From Alkalispirochaeta sp. (GTDB lineage Bacteria > Spirochaetota > Spirochaetia > DSM-27196 > Alkalispirochaetaceae), in contig CBDESZ010000016.1 of NCBI GenBank assembly GCA_965242725.1, positions 192,001 to 256,000 of the forward strand: a stretch of DNA of 64,000 nt. Direction: 5' to 3'. The notes under the pieces are model-generated. The model was not told the DNA's origin. It was given only the letters and a program-made list of their open reading frames with translations, and did not search any database. Every line of letters starts with the position of its first letter. Positions within the stretch are counted from its first letter, which is position 1. The position numbers and the translations under genes were made by a program. Below are positions 50,058 to 59,470 of the stretch, in pieces.

Positions 50058-50219
50058 CACGCCGCAGTACCTGCGGGCGTCCGCCGGCGAATGAGGCAGA
50101 ATTGTCCGGTCGGCGGGCGGTGACGGGACTCCGATTTCTTTGTTCGGACGGCGGGCGAAAACTCGCCGCTCCGGAAAGAAAATAGTAGTAAATAACTCAT
50201 AATACGGTATACTGATACG

Positions 50220-50951
50220 GTGAAATCCGTACTGTATGCTGCGGTATTGATGGCCGTCGTCCTTCCCGTTGCAGTCGCCGTTGATTCCTTCGGGGACGCG
50301 GCGGAATATGCGGGTGCGCCGGTTTCATCAGAACACCTGTCGTCCGATACGTCCTTCGATGACGACGCCGGAACCATCACCTTCCAGGATACGCTGCTGC
50401 TCACCCTCCCTCATGTCGCGGTAAATACCGTTCCCGGATTCGGTCTCGGATCTCTCGCCCAGGGTGACGGAAGGGGATTCCGGAACGCTCTGTACTTTGA
50501 CCTTCTGGCGTGGTCACTCCTTGGTTTCGGGATCTCCACCCTGAATCTCGATGCAGACGGTCCCCTTGCCGGACCGGCAATTCTGTCCCTCTTTGCGGGG
50601 TACGGGGCATATGGTGTGAGCCGGGTATACGGCGCTGTACGGCCCGTATCATATGCAAACGACGCCGGCATCGACCGGAACAACCTCTTTTCGCCCGTCT
50701 TTTACAATCAGGTCCCCGGCTTTGGTGCGGGGTCGTACATTCAGGGCGATCAGTGGGGCGGCAGTGTCGGGACCATTCTGGATTTTACCGCCTTTGTCCT
50801 TGTGGGCGTCCTGTCGGGGGCGGCTCTCGGCGGAGAAATCGCCGTATCCCAGGCCGCGGGAGTCGGCGCCCTTGCCGGCTTCGCGGCCGCACGCATCTGG
50901 GGAGTTGTGCGGCCTATACGCTACCGAGACGAGACGATCCTCTTTCCCTGA
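50220..50951 (+). CDS. Exported membrane protein with two tandem Borrelia P13-porin-like repeats
   Basis: Signal peptide; repeat 1 NTVPGFGLGSLAQGD...FD...SRVYGAVRP; repeat 2 NQVPGFGAGSYIQGD...LD...ARIWGVVRP. Confidence 0.65.
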   Translation: MKSVLYAAVLMAVVLPVAVAVDSFGDAAEYAGAPVSSEHLSSDTSFDDDAGTITFQDTLLLTLPHVAVNTVPGFGLGSLAQGDGRGFRNALYFDLLAWSLLGFGISTLNLDADGPLAGPAILSLFAGYGAYGVSRVYGAVRPVSYANDAGIDRNNLFSPVFYNQVPGFGAGSYIQGDQWGGSVGTILDFTAFVLVGVLSGAALGGEIAVSQAAGVGALAGFAAARIWGVVRPIRYRDETILFP

Positions 50952-50977
50952 CGGCGTCCTACGGAGCCGGCGGATCG

Positions 50978-51967
50978 TCATCCATGGATAAAGACCACTT
51001 TTTCGTCGCCGAGCCGGTCCCGCAGCAGCCGGCCCACCGCCTCATGTACCGCCTGTATCTCCTCCTCCCGGTAGGTGACCAGCCCTCCGTCACGGCGAAA
51101 GGGGTGGTGGAGGAGCGCGCTGTCCCGTCGTTGAGGAGTGATTCTCCCCATGAAATCGCTTCCCATGCGGAACACGCCGTACGTTGCGGATTCGATCTTT
51201 TCCGGCGGGATTCGGTGAAAGAGCGTATGAATCATCTGACCGTACGCCTCACGCCAACCCGGCACGAGGAGAACCGGATCGACGGCGATACGGACGCGCC
51301 AGCCGTTGCGAATTGCCGTCTCCATTGCGAAGAGCCGGTTTTGAAAGCTGGCACATCCACGTTCATGACGGGATGCGATGAGGGGCGGAGAGAGGGACCA
51401 CACGAGGACAAAGCGGGAAGCGGCGGCGGAACGGACAAGACGGGAGGCCTCGCCTTTTGTGCGCACTTCCACCGTTACGTCCGGATGGTCTTTTGAGAAG
51501 GAGATCCATTCCGAGACGAGGGGGAGGATCTCCTCGAAGGCAAGAATATCGCTGAGATAGGAAATACTGAGCCACGTCTCCCGCATCGTCGCCTGCCGTT
51601 CGGCGGCGCGGTGAAAATCCGACGTATTGACGAAGACGAGGGAATGGCCCGACGCGTGCATACCCTGAAGAAAGCAGTACTCGCAGTTATAGACGCAATT
51701 GCGAAGCTGGTCGGTATAGAATACGGGAGTCTCCGACGCACCGGCGACGCGTTCCGTTGCTTCATAGAGAAAAGGTGGAGACGCGACGGCGGCAATGAGG
51801 GCGGGCGCGGCCTTTTGGGCCTGAAAGTCCTGACCGGGACGGTGAAAAAACTCGCCGTAGTGGTCAAGTTCGATGACGGGATGATCTCTGAAGAGAGAAA
51901 GAAGGCGTCGTCCATGGGCGTATTCTTTCGCCCCTTTCTCGATATAGAGGGCGTTATAGTGCTTCAT
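50978..51967 (-). CDS. Spore-photoproduct-lyase-like radical SAM protein
   Basis: NCVYNCEYCFLQG (CxxxCxxC), FVN, SDILAFE, VEVRTK, WSLSP, RIAVDP; probable ATG at 51967. Confidence 0.82.
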   Translation of the reverse strand: MKHYNALYIEKGAKEYAHGRRLLSLFRDHPVIELDHYGEFFHRPGQDFQAQKAAPALIAAVASPPFLYEATERVAGASETPVFYTDQLRNCVYNCEYCFLQGMHASGHSLVFVNTSDFHRAAERQATMRETWLSISYLSDILAFEEILPLVSEWISFSKDHPDVTVEVRTKGEASRLVRSAAASRFVLVWSLSPPLIASRHERGCASFQNRLFAMETAIRNGWRVRIAVDPVLLVPGWREAYGQMIHTLFHRIPPEKIESATYGVFRMGSDFMGRITPQRRDSALLHHPFRRDGGLVTYREEEIQAVHEAVGRLLRDRLGDEKVVFIHG

Positions 51968-52772
51968 TGTTCCACTCCGACAGCTCCCGAAGGAGACGTC
52001 CCACGTCCCTGGCACGGTCCTGCCTGGACGGGACCGCTCCGGTACGGGCGGAGAGGGCGTTGCCGCCTGAATCGCGCAACGGGTCGGGCACCACCCCGGA
52101 ACGTACAGCCGCAGATCGTGCGGCAGCGGCGAGTTGCGCCCGCTGGGTGAAGCTCAGTCGGAGTTTGTGCGCAATATCAACGACAAGTCCGGCGGTCTCT
52201 CCGACGTGGGAGCCTCCGGACAGACGGTTTTCCCTCCGATCCACGTGATATGCGGTCTCCAGGGCTATGCGGAACGCCTCTTGTACGCCCTCCCGGGCGT
52301 GTGAGGGGTTCATGACCACACCGACAACCTGGAGGGGAGAGAGGACGCTTATCGCTGCCGATAGCGCCGCGGCGGCGGGGGGCGGGATGAGACGGCAGCC
52401 CCCATCCGCGGGGCCGGTATCGGCAACCGAAAGAGGTGTGATGTCACGGCCGACCACCACGTCGGGCATCCACGTTTCGTCGGCGGTACGACACCGGTAG
52501 ATGATACCGACATCGCCGTCGTCGCGATCGGGCGTACCGTGAAGATCCTGAAAGACCGTTGCAATGACGACGATTTCGGGACTCCGTCGGGCGATCGTGT
52601 GTCCCGCCATCGCCGCTGCGGCGATGCGTCGTTCCGGGAGGCGGTGGACTTCCGCGGAAACCTGTTCCGTCCCTTCTCCGGCGGTGAAGGCGCCTTTCTT
52701 TTGCCCCGGGCGGCGGATCGCGGCCGTCACACTGCGATGTATGCTGTTGTTATCCGTAAAGAAAAGTACCAT
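51954..52772 (-). CDS. Hypothetical protein, possibly a degenerate nucleoside phosphorylase/nucleosidase-like partner of the radical SAM gene
   Basis: Overlaps and precedes the SPL-like gene. Weak resemblance from memory (TWMPD, LSPLQV, LRLSFTQRAQL) to ORFs found beside such genes. Confidence 0.45.
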   Translation of the reverse strand: MVLFFTDNNSIHRSVTAAIRRPGQKKGAFTAGEGTEQVSAEVHRLPERRIAAAAMAGHTIARRSPEIVVIATVFQDLHGTPDRDDGDVGIIYRCRTADETWMPDVVVGRDITPLSVADTGPADGGCRLIPPPAAAALSAAISVLSPLQVVGVVMNPSHAREGVQEAFRIALETAYHVDRRENRLSGGSHVGETAGLVVDIAHKLRLSFTQRAQLAAAARSAAVRSGVVPDPLRDSGGNALSARTGAVPSRQDRARDVGRLLRELSEWNNEAL

Positions 52773-52807
52773 TCGACGATTCCGACAAAAATATACGACA
52801 GAATTTA

Positions 52808-52834
52808 TCATGTTAATACCCGCCCGGCCGATAA
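52808..52834 (+). promoter_or_regulatory. Putative sigma28 (FliA) promoter of the downstream MCP
   Basis: TCATGTTA-N11-GCCGATAA against the consensus TAAAGTTT-N11-GCCGATAA; 58 nt before the MCP start. Confidence 0.65.
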
Positions 52835-52892
52835 TTTGCAGGGAAAAAGAGGCTGGGGTAAAATAGACAGGTATTCAAAAAAGGAGTCATGA

Positions 52893-55148
52893 ATGGCGGA
52901 CGAAAAATCGGCTGTGTCCGGTGAAATGAATGAGCCGGAACGGGTGCCGGACGCCGGGGCACGGAGCTACTATCCAACGCGACGCAAACTTTTTCTGCTT
53001 ACCCTCGTCGCCCCGCTTGTCATTTTCTTCGGCGTCACCATACTGCTGGGATACCTCAACTTCCGACATAGTTTCGAACAGGAACAGGAGCGACTCGAGC
53101 TGATCGCCGAGTCGGTTGTCCTGGAAATTGAAACGTACGTTCAGGAGAATGCCCAGTTGCTGCGGGGACTCGTTCGTATCGATCCCCTGGTGGAACTCCT
53201 GCCCCGCATCGATGAGTTGAATGAAGAGCTGTACAATTCCGAAAATCTCCGCATCCCCCGGCAGATCATACAGGGAATCGGGGATCAGGACGGTATCGAT
53301 GCACTGTATATGGCCGGCGCGGGCACGGGGGGGCTCTTTGCCAATCGCTGGATTGCCCTTCCCGACGGGTATGACGCCCGGTCGCGGCCGTGGTATCTCG
53401 GGGCGGCACAATCGGGAGATCTGTACGTTACCGATCCCTACGAGACGGCAGATCAGGATATGGAAAACGCCCTGGTAATCAGTGTCGCCTACCCGATCAG
53501 GAGAAACGGGCAACTCCGCGGGGTTGCCGCACTTGATACGGGATTCGGAAGAATTTCCGAGATTGCCGCGGAAGCGGCGGCCGAGCACGACGTGTCCGTC
53601 TCTCTCTTCTCCCTGCGGGAGGAGACGATCATTTGGAGCGCCAGCCGGGAATCCTGGGGAACGCCTCTATCGGCGCTCGCAGCGGATCTCGGATACGGCG
53701 AGGATGATATACCGGTGCTCCTTGATAGTCTTCGGACCAACGGGATGCTCTATTTTGAAGGTCATGCAACGGGAATAGAAGGTGACGCGATGATACAGAC
53801 AAATCGTGTCCCCGGTGTTCCCGAATGGGGCATCCTGCTTTTTGCGGAAAAGAGAACGGTGACGCGGCAGATCATTCGCTCCGTCATTGCCCCGCTTCTG
53901 ACCGCCTCGATTATCTTTCTCGTCGCCCTGGGCATCAGTTTCCTCGTTGCCGCCGTTACCATTCTGCGACCCCTCAACTTCGTCAGTGACAGTCTGGGGG
54001 ATCTCGCCGGCGGGGCCGGTGACCTGACCGTATCCGTTTCGGTACGTACGAGAGACGATATCCGTCGTCTCGCAGACAATTTCAACGACTTTGTCGGGAA
54101 AATGCGCAGGCTGGTGATCAACATCAAGAACGCCGCGGCGGAGGAGACGGCGGTATCCCAGGAGCTGACGGCCTCGATCAATGAGACGAGTGCCGCCATG
54201 CACGAGATCGTCACGAACATGGAATCCATTGAGCGACAGGTTCACCGTCTGGATGAGTCCGTGGATACCTCGGCCACATCCGTAGAGGAGATTACCCGGA
54301 ACATACGCAACATGCTCAGTCAGATCTCCAACCAGGCGGCAATGGTTGAAGAGAGCAGCGCATCAACGACGGAGATGATCAGTTCCATAAACAGCGTCGC
54401 CGTCATCACCGAGCGGAAATCCGAGAGCATCCACAGTCTCAGCGCGTCGGCGGAACGGGGCAAGGAAAAACTGAACGAAATGAATCGAAGTTTCCTGGAA
54501 GGTGTCGTCAGTCGTATGGGTGAAATCCAGAAAATGACGGTGGAAATCGCCGGTATTGCCGCCCAGACCAACCTGCTGAGCATGAATGCCGCGATTGAAG
54601 CGGCCCACGCCGGAGACGTGGGCCGCGGTTTTGCCGTCGTGGCGGAAGAAATCAGAAAGCTGGCAGACGGCGCAGGGGGCAGCTCCAAGAGAATATCGGC
54701 GACCCTGAAATCGATCCTTTCCTCCGTGGAAGAGACAAAGAGCCATGTCGATGCCACGTCCCGGGAGTTTGACGTGATTATGGGTGAAGTTGACGATACG
54801 AAAAATGCATTCATGGAGATTCACTCAACCACGCAGGAGCTGAATGTCGGTGCCAATGAGATCACCAAGGCGGTCACGGAACTGAACAACGTCACAGCCG
54901 CCATTCAGACGGGCTCCCAGGAAATCGAGAAGGGGACGCAAACACTCCTTGATCATCAGGGAGTCCTCAGGGACGTCTCATCGGGGGTAACCAACGGTAT
55001 CAGGGAAATCGTCGCCGGTGCGAACGAAGTTCGCCAGTCGATGCAAATCCTCACCGACGAAAATCATCGTCTCCAACAGGCGGTGGAAACACTCAACTCC
55101 GAAGTGGGGCGTTTCAGGACGGAAGATGACGTGACGGAGGACACGTAA
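52893..55148 (+). CDS. Methyl-accepting chemotaxis protein with a dCache sensor
   Basis: YDARSRPWY...TDPY...VAALD (dCache), [41 protein letters not shown]. Confidence 0.95.
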   Translation: MADEKSAVSGEMNEPERVPDAGARSYYPTRRKLFLLTLVAPLVIFFGVTILLGYLNFRHSFEQEQERLELIAESVVLEIETYVQENAQLLRGLVRIDPLVELLPRIDELNEELYNSENLRIPRQIIQGIGDQDGIDALYMAGAGTGGLFANRWIALPDGYDARSRPWYLGAAQSGDLYVTDPYETADQDMENALVISVAYPIRRNGQLRGVAALDTGFGRISEIAAEAAAEHDVSVSLFSLREETIIWSASRESWGTPLSALAADLGYGEDDIPVLLDSLRTNGMLYFEGHATGIEGDAMIQTNRVPGVPEWGILLFAEKRTVTRQIIRSVIAPLLTASIIFLVALGISFLVAAVTILRPLNFVSDSLGDLAGGAGDLTVSVSVRTRDDIRRLADNFNDFVGKMRRLVINIKNAAAEETAVSQELTASINETSAAMHEIVTNMESIERQVHRLDESVDTSATSVEEITRNIRNMLSQISNQAAMVEESSASTTEMISSINSVAVITERKSESIHSLSASAERGKEKLNEMNRSFLEGVVSRMGEIQKMTVEIAGIAAQTNLLSMNAAIEAAHAGDVGRGFAVVAEEIRKLADGAGGSSKRISATLKSILSSVEETKSHVDATSREFDVIMGEVDDTKNAFMEIHSTTQELNVGANEITKAVTELNNVTAAIQTGSQEIEKGTQTLLDHQGVLRDVSSGVTNGIREIVAGANEVRQSMQILTDENHRLQQAVETLNSEVGRFRTEDDVTEDT

Positions 55149-55179
55149 CGGCGCGTGCCTCCGGCTTCATGCATTGAAC

Positions 55180-57099
55180 TTACTCGAGAGGGGAGAGTGA
55201 TACCGGATCGGCAGAGGGAGATTCCGGCTGCCCCGGTTCTTTCGTTGCGGGAAGGAGACCAATCAGGTCAACGTTTGTATCCTCTCCCTCCACCAGGTTG
55301 TCCGGGGCCACCTCTTCCAGCGCCTCGTCCGAGTCATCTTCCACACCGGTTTTGAATACGCTTATCTCCATGTCCAGCGTCTCAGAGACGGAGTCGAGGC
55401 GATTTGTCTGATCCGTTACGTTGTCCAGCCCCTCATGCATGATGTGGGTCGCATCGAGAATGATGCCGACGCGCTGCACGACCTGGCCGGAAAGGGAGGT
55501 GACCTCCTCGGTCGCCTGTCTGTTGTCCCGTACCGCCGCCGACATGGCGTCGCCGCTTTCGGTGACGGTGGCGGAAACGTCGTTGAGGCGATGCATCGCT
55601 TCCAGAATCTGCCGTCCTCCCACCTCCAGCTCCGCCGTACTGCCGATGATCTCTTCAAAGGCGGCAACGGCGTCGTTCACCTCGGTTCCGATACGGTGGA
55701 ATACCGCCCGGGTCGTCTCACCTGCGTCGGCGGCGTTCCTGATATTCCCGATGATCCCCGAGAGGACATCGTTGATTTGACGCGAGTTGATTGCCGATGC
55801 CTCGGCGAGTTTCCGGATCTCACCGGCGACAACGGCAAATCCTCTGCCCGACTCTCCGGCGTGGGCCGCTTCTATGGCGGCGTTCATGGCAAGCAGGTGA
55901 GTCCTGTCGGCCATATCGTTGATCACGGTAACGGCGGCGTGTATTTCGTCGATGCTGCTGTGGATTTTATCGATTATCCCGGCAGTGTTTTCCATTTTTC
56001 GCAGTCCCTCGGATGCGCTTGATCCGAGGGTATCCATGGATTCCCGTTTCTGTGTCGTCGTGGTGTGAATGTTTCCGATGGAACTGATCATTTCCGTCAC
56101 CGACGCCGTCGATTCCTCGATCATCGTGACCTGATCGTTCAGGACGCTTTTCAGACGCTCTACGTTGCTCTGCACCGTCTCAACGGTCTGCCGGGAGACA
56201 TCGACGGCGGCGCCCAGGCGGGACATATCGTTATTAATGGACTGGGCCCCCGATGTAACGCCGTCAACCATTTCGGTGAGGGCGGCGACGCCGTTTACAA
56301 GTTTTCCCTTGATGGTGACGTTGCTGCCTGAAGCACGCTTCACCCGAGCCATCGATCGTCCCAGTTCTTCCGTGAAGGTGTTGACGTCACCGCTCAAACG
56401 GCCCAGTTCGTCTTTGCTTTTCACGGCGATACGATCCGCCAGATCGCCTTCCTTCATTTTCTGGATACCCCGCTCGATCATCACAATCCGCCGGCTGATG
56501 CTCCGGGCGACGATCAATCCGATGGTGACTGAAAAGAAGACGACGACGGAGATAAAGACGATGAGAATCGTCTTGAATCGCTGCTGAATGGCGGCGATTT
56601 CCGCCGCCACCTGCTGGGACTGCATACTCAGGTTCTGCATTGCCCCTGAAGTGGTGAAATCAAGGACATGGGTTGCCCGGGTCAGTACTTCCTCTTCGTC
56701 GTCACCTTCGGTTTCGGCGGTTTCCGCGGTTGCCGCCTCGAGAAAGGTTGTAAAACCTCCGTCGATAGCCGTCTGGAAACGGGGCATCGTTCCAAGGGCG
56801 TTTTGAACGGTTTCATTGATGGTCGGGAGCACCCGGGCTTCCGCGACAGCCTGGAAGGCGCGGTCAAGTTTGGATTTCTGAAGACGAATTACCTGAAGTT
56901 GAGAGTTGTAATCCTCCTGATGGAGGCGGCCCACCTCATAGGCAAAGGTCATGAGTGCTTTTTCAAGGTCTTCCAGGGTCTCCTGTTCACGTTCTATCGT
57001 GGCAATTCTGTTTTCGACGAGAAACTGTGCGCCGAAAGAAATAACATTTGCCGCGCCTACCAATACAACCAGGACGACAAGTTTTACGCGAATCGACAT
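55180..57099 (-). CDS. Methyl-accepting chemotaxis protein
   Basis: Two TMs, HAMP (KDELGRL), [35 protein letters not shown]; acidic tail. Confidence 0.95.
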   Translation of the reverse strand: MSIRVKLVVLVVLVGAANVISFGAQFLVENRIATIEREQETLEDLEKALMTFAYEVGRLHQEDYNSQLQVIRLQKSKLDRAFQAVAEARVLPTINETVQNALGTMPRFQTAIDGGFTTFLEAATAETAETEGDDEEEVLTRATHVLDFTTSGAMQNLSMQSQQVAAEIAAIQQRFKTILIVFISVVVFFSVTIGLIVARSISRRIVMIERGIQKMKEGDLADRIAVKSKDELGRLSGDVNTFTEELGRSMARVKRASGSNVTIKGKLVNGVAALTEMVDGVTSGAQSINNDMSRLGAAVDVSRQTVETVQSNVERLKSVLNDQVTMIEESTASVTEMISSIGNIHTTTTQKRESMDTLGSSASEGLRKMENTAGIIDKIHSSIDEIHAAVTVINDMADRTHLLAMNAAIEAAHAGESGRGFAVVAGEIRKLAEASAINSRQINDVLSGIIGNIRNAADAGETTRAVFHRIGTEVNDAVAAFEEIIGSTAELEVGGRQILEAMHRLNDVSATVTESGDAMSAAVRDNRQATEEVTSLSGQVVQRVGIILDATHIMHEGLDNVTDQTNRLDSVSETLDMEISVFKTGVEDDSDEALEEVAPDNLVEGEDTNVDLIGLLPATKEPGQPESPSADPVSLSPLE

Positions 57100-57240
57100 G
57101 GACGTCCGCCTCCAGAGTTAGGTGATAGTTTTGTCCACGATTATTAAAAAGGAGCGAGCTATGATTTTCGCATCCGCTACGGGAGCTGTCAACATGTAAC
57201 GCCGACTCCACCGGAACTACCCGTTCCGGTGGACAATCAG

Positions 57241-58326
57241 TCAGCCTTTCTTGAATCGCCGTTGTTCCTTTGCGATCGCTTTCCATTTCCTTTGTTCGTC
57301 CTGCCGCGCCTTCTGGTCCCGCCGGCGGTGGAGGTACGCAAGCTCACGCCGGTACTCCCGGTACGCCTCGTACCGGTCCGGTGAAAGCTCACCCGTTTCG
57401 AGAGCTTCCCGGACACGGCATCCCGGTTCACCGTCGTGAGTGCAATCGCGGAAACGGCAACCTCCGGCGAGGGATTCGATCTCGGGAAACGCGTCGTCCA
57501 GCGCCTCGTCATCCGCCCACACCTGGAGCTCCCGGAGTCCCGGCAGGTCCGCGACGATTGCACCGCCGTCGATGATGTGGAGTTCCTTGTGTGTCGTCGT
57601 ATGGCGTCCGCTGAGGTCTCCCCTGCGCAGACCGCCCGTCCGTGCGCGTTCCGTTCCGGCAAGGGCGTTTACCAGCGCCGACTTTCCCACGCCGCTCTTT
57701 CCAAGCAACCCGATCGTCCTGCCTTCTGTTGCCTCTTCACGGAGTCCGGCGATCCCGTCGCCCCGGAGGGCACTGACGATATGACAGGCGACGCCCGGCG
57801 CCGCAGCGGCGAGCGCCCCCGTGACGGTGTCCATGGTTTCCCGTGTCGCGCAGTCCACCTTGTTGAGGACGACGACGGGCCGTGCCCCCGACTGTCGCGC
57901 CGCCACGAGGGAGCGTTCAAGCAGTCCGACGGTGAAGTTTCGCCCTCCGTCCAGACCGAAGACGAGGAAAATCACATCGATGTTTGCAACGAAGAGCTGC
58001 TCCACCGTCACATTTCCCGCAGCCGCCCGGGAGAGTGACGTTTTCCGGGGGAGAACGGCGTGTATGATCCCTTCCTCGGGGGTAAGGACAACCCAGTCAC
58101 CCAGGACGGGAAAGTCTGAAGGCTGGATCGCCCGAAATTCAAACGCTCCCGAGACGCGGCTGTCGATGAAGTGAATCCGATCGTCATCGTCGGCGTGGAC
58201 GACGCGATATATGTGATGCGTCTGCCGAACGACGCGTCCGACGGTGGTACCGTCCAGAATGTGTGAAGAAGCGATGGCGGTGAGGTCTTCCGTCCATCCC
58301 CAGCTGTGAAGGGTTGTGTCTTCCAT
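57241..58326 (-). CDS. rsgA: Ribosome small subunit-dependent GTPase A (long paralog type)
   Basis: PVLGDWV, ANID, LNKVD, GKSGVGKS, GRHTTT, DLPGLRE, CRFRDCTHDGEPGC Zn finger. Confidence 0.93.
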   Translation of the reverse strand: MEDTTLHSWGWTEDLTAIASSHILDGTTVGRVVRQTHHIYRVVHADDDDRIHFIDSRVSGAFEFRAIQPSDFPVLGDWVVLTPEEGIIHAVLPRKTSLSRAAAGNVTVEQLFVANIDVIFLVFGLDGGRNFTVGLLERSLVAARQSGARPVVVLNKVDCATRETMDTVTGALAAAAPGVACHIVSALRGDGIAGLREEATEGRTIGLLGKSGVGKSALVNALAGTERARTGGLRRGDLSGRHTTTHKELHIIDGGAIVADLPGLRELQVWADDEALDDAFPEIESLAGGCRFRDCTHDGEPGCRVREALETGELSPDRYEAYREYRRELAYLHRRRDQKARQDEQRKWKAIAKEQRRFKKG

Positions 58327-58473
58327 GACCCGATCCTTGAGGCGTCACCAATGAGAGTTCGAATGATGAATGCCGCTGTTCAACAGGCGGATACAGGAAT
58401 GGTACCTGCCAGGTGACGATAAAATTGCCCGACGCGAAAGGAACGGTGTTTGCCGATAACGAACCAACGGACG

Positions 58474-58530
58474 TTACAGGGCCGTTACACTCTCCTGAAC
58501 AGGAGCATTTTGAAGAGCAATGACCGACAT
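58474..58530 (-). CDS. Putative 18-aa leader peptide (uORF) upstream of rsgA
   Basis: AGGAGG, 6 nt, ATG; translation MSVIALQNAPVQESVTAL*. Confidence 0.45.
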   Translation of the reverse strand: MSVIALQNAPVQESVTAL

Positions 58531-58575
58531 GTACGACCTCCTGAAACAGACAAGATGTGAAATTGTACGACCAGA

Positions 58576-59409
58576 TCAGCGCAGCGTCAACGCCGTACCG
58601 AGGGTCACCGTTGTCAGATTGATCCAGTTGAAGGTGAACGATTCCGGATCGTCGTTTTCCGCGCCTCCTCCGAGGTAGCGATAATTCACAAAGAACTCCA
58701 CTCCCTTGCCCGCTGAGTACCCCGCCCGGACGGAGGCATCCAGGAGGGCGCCGGCGGTATTATTGTCGCTGCCGTTGAGGTAACTGATGGGTGCGTATAT
58801 TCCGTCCATTTCCGTACCCACCCAGAAACGGCGGGAAAGATCGTAGCGCATGCGGAATTTCAGCAGGGGAACGGGACCCACATCGGCTGAACGATAGTAC
58901 CCCTCCGGAGGAACGATCCCTCCTCCGTCGTCCTTTCCGCCGGATGCTTCAAACTCGATATTAGCGTTCCGTATTTGCAGTGACGCCCCCGCCGCCACCG
59001 TAAGTCTGGGTCCGGTGACAATCTCATTGAGGTAACTCAACCGATAAAAGGGAAAGCTGTAGACGAGATTGAGGGTGGAACCGGAAAAATCCTCTCCGTC
59101 TACGGTAAAGGCGGCGGGCATGGACACCCTGGTCTCCAGGAGAAGGGGCTGGTAGAGAAAGACGACGGTATGCCGACTCACCGCAAGTTCCGCCGAAAAA
59201 CGGTTCACCGGAAAGAGTACGTCCTGGCCACCGTCCTGGTGATAGAGAATCGTCTCATCGTCGTCGGAAAATGCAATGCGATGGTCCACGACGTCAAGAA
59301 AACCCGCCTCCGCAATGAGGCGGATCGACGGCTGCGACTGAGCCGCCAGGGACGGAACAAGAAAGAGCGGAATACAGAGAGTAACGACAATCAATCGACG
59401 CATATTCAC
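58576..59409 (-). CDS. Hypothetical exported, probable outer-membrane beta-barrel protein
   Basis: Signal peptide (PSLAA-QSQ); aromatic/alternating beta-strand pattern (FYRLSYL, FRMRYDL, FFVNYRYLGG). Confidence 0.6.
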   Translation of the reverse strand: MNMRRLIVVTLCIPLFLVPSLAAQSQPSIRLIAEAGFLDVVDHRIAFSDDDETILYHQDGGQDVLFPVNRFSAELAVSRHTVVFLYQPLLLETRVSMPAAFTVDGEDFSGSTLNLVYSFPFYRLSYLNEIVTGPRLTVAAGASLQIRNANIEFEASGGKDDGGGIVPPEGYYRSADVGPVPLLKFRMRYDLSRRFWVGTEMDGIYAPISYLNGSDNNTAGALLDASVRAGYSAGKGVEFFVNYRYLGGGAENDDPESFTFNWINLTTVTLGTALTLR

Positions 59410-59470
59410 CGCCTTTGAATACCTGGTATGCCTCTATTGTACGTACGTGGAATGGCTTCCTGCAAATCGT

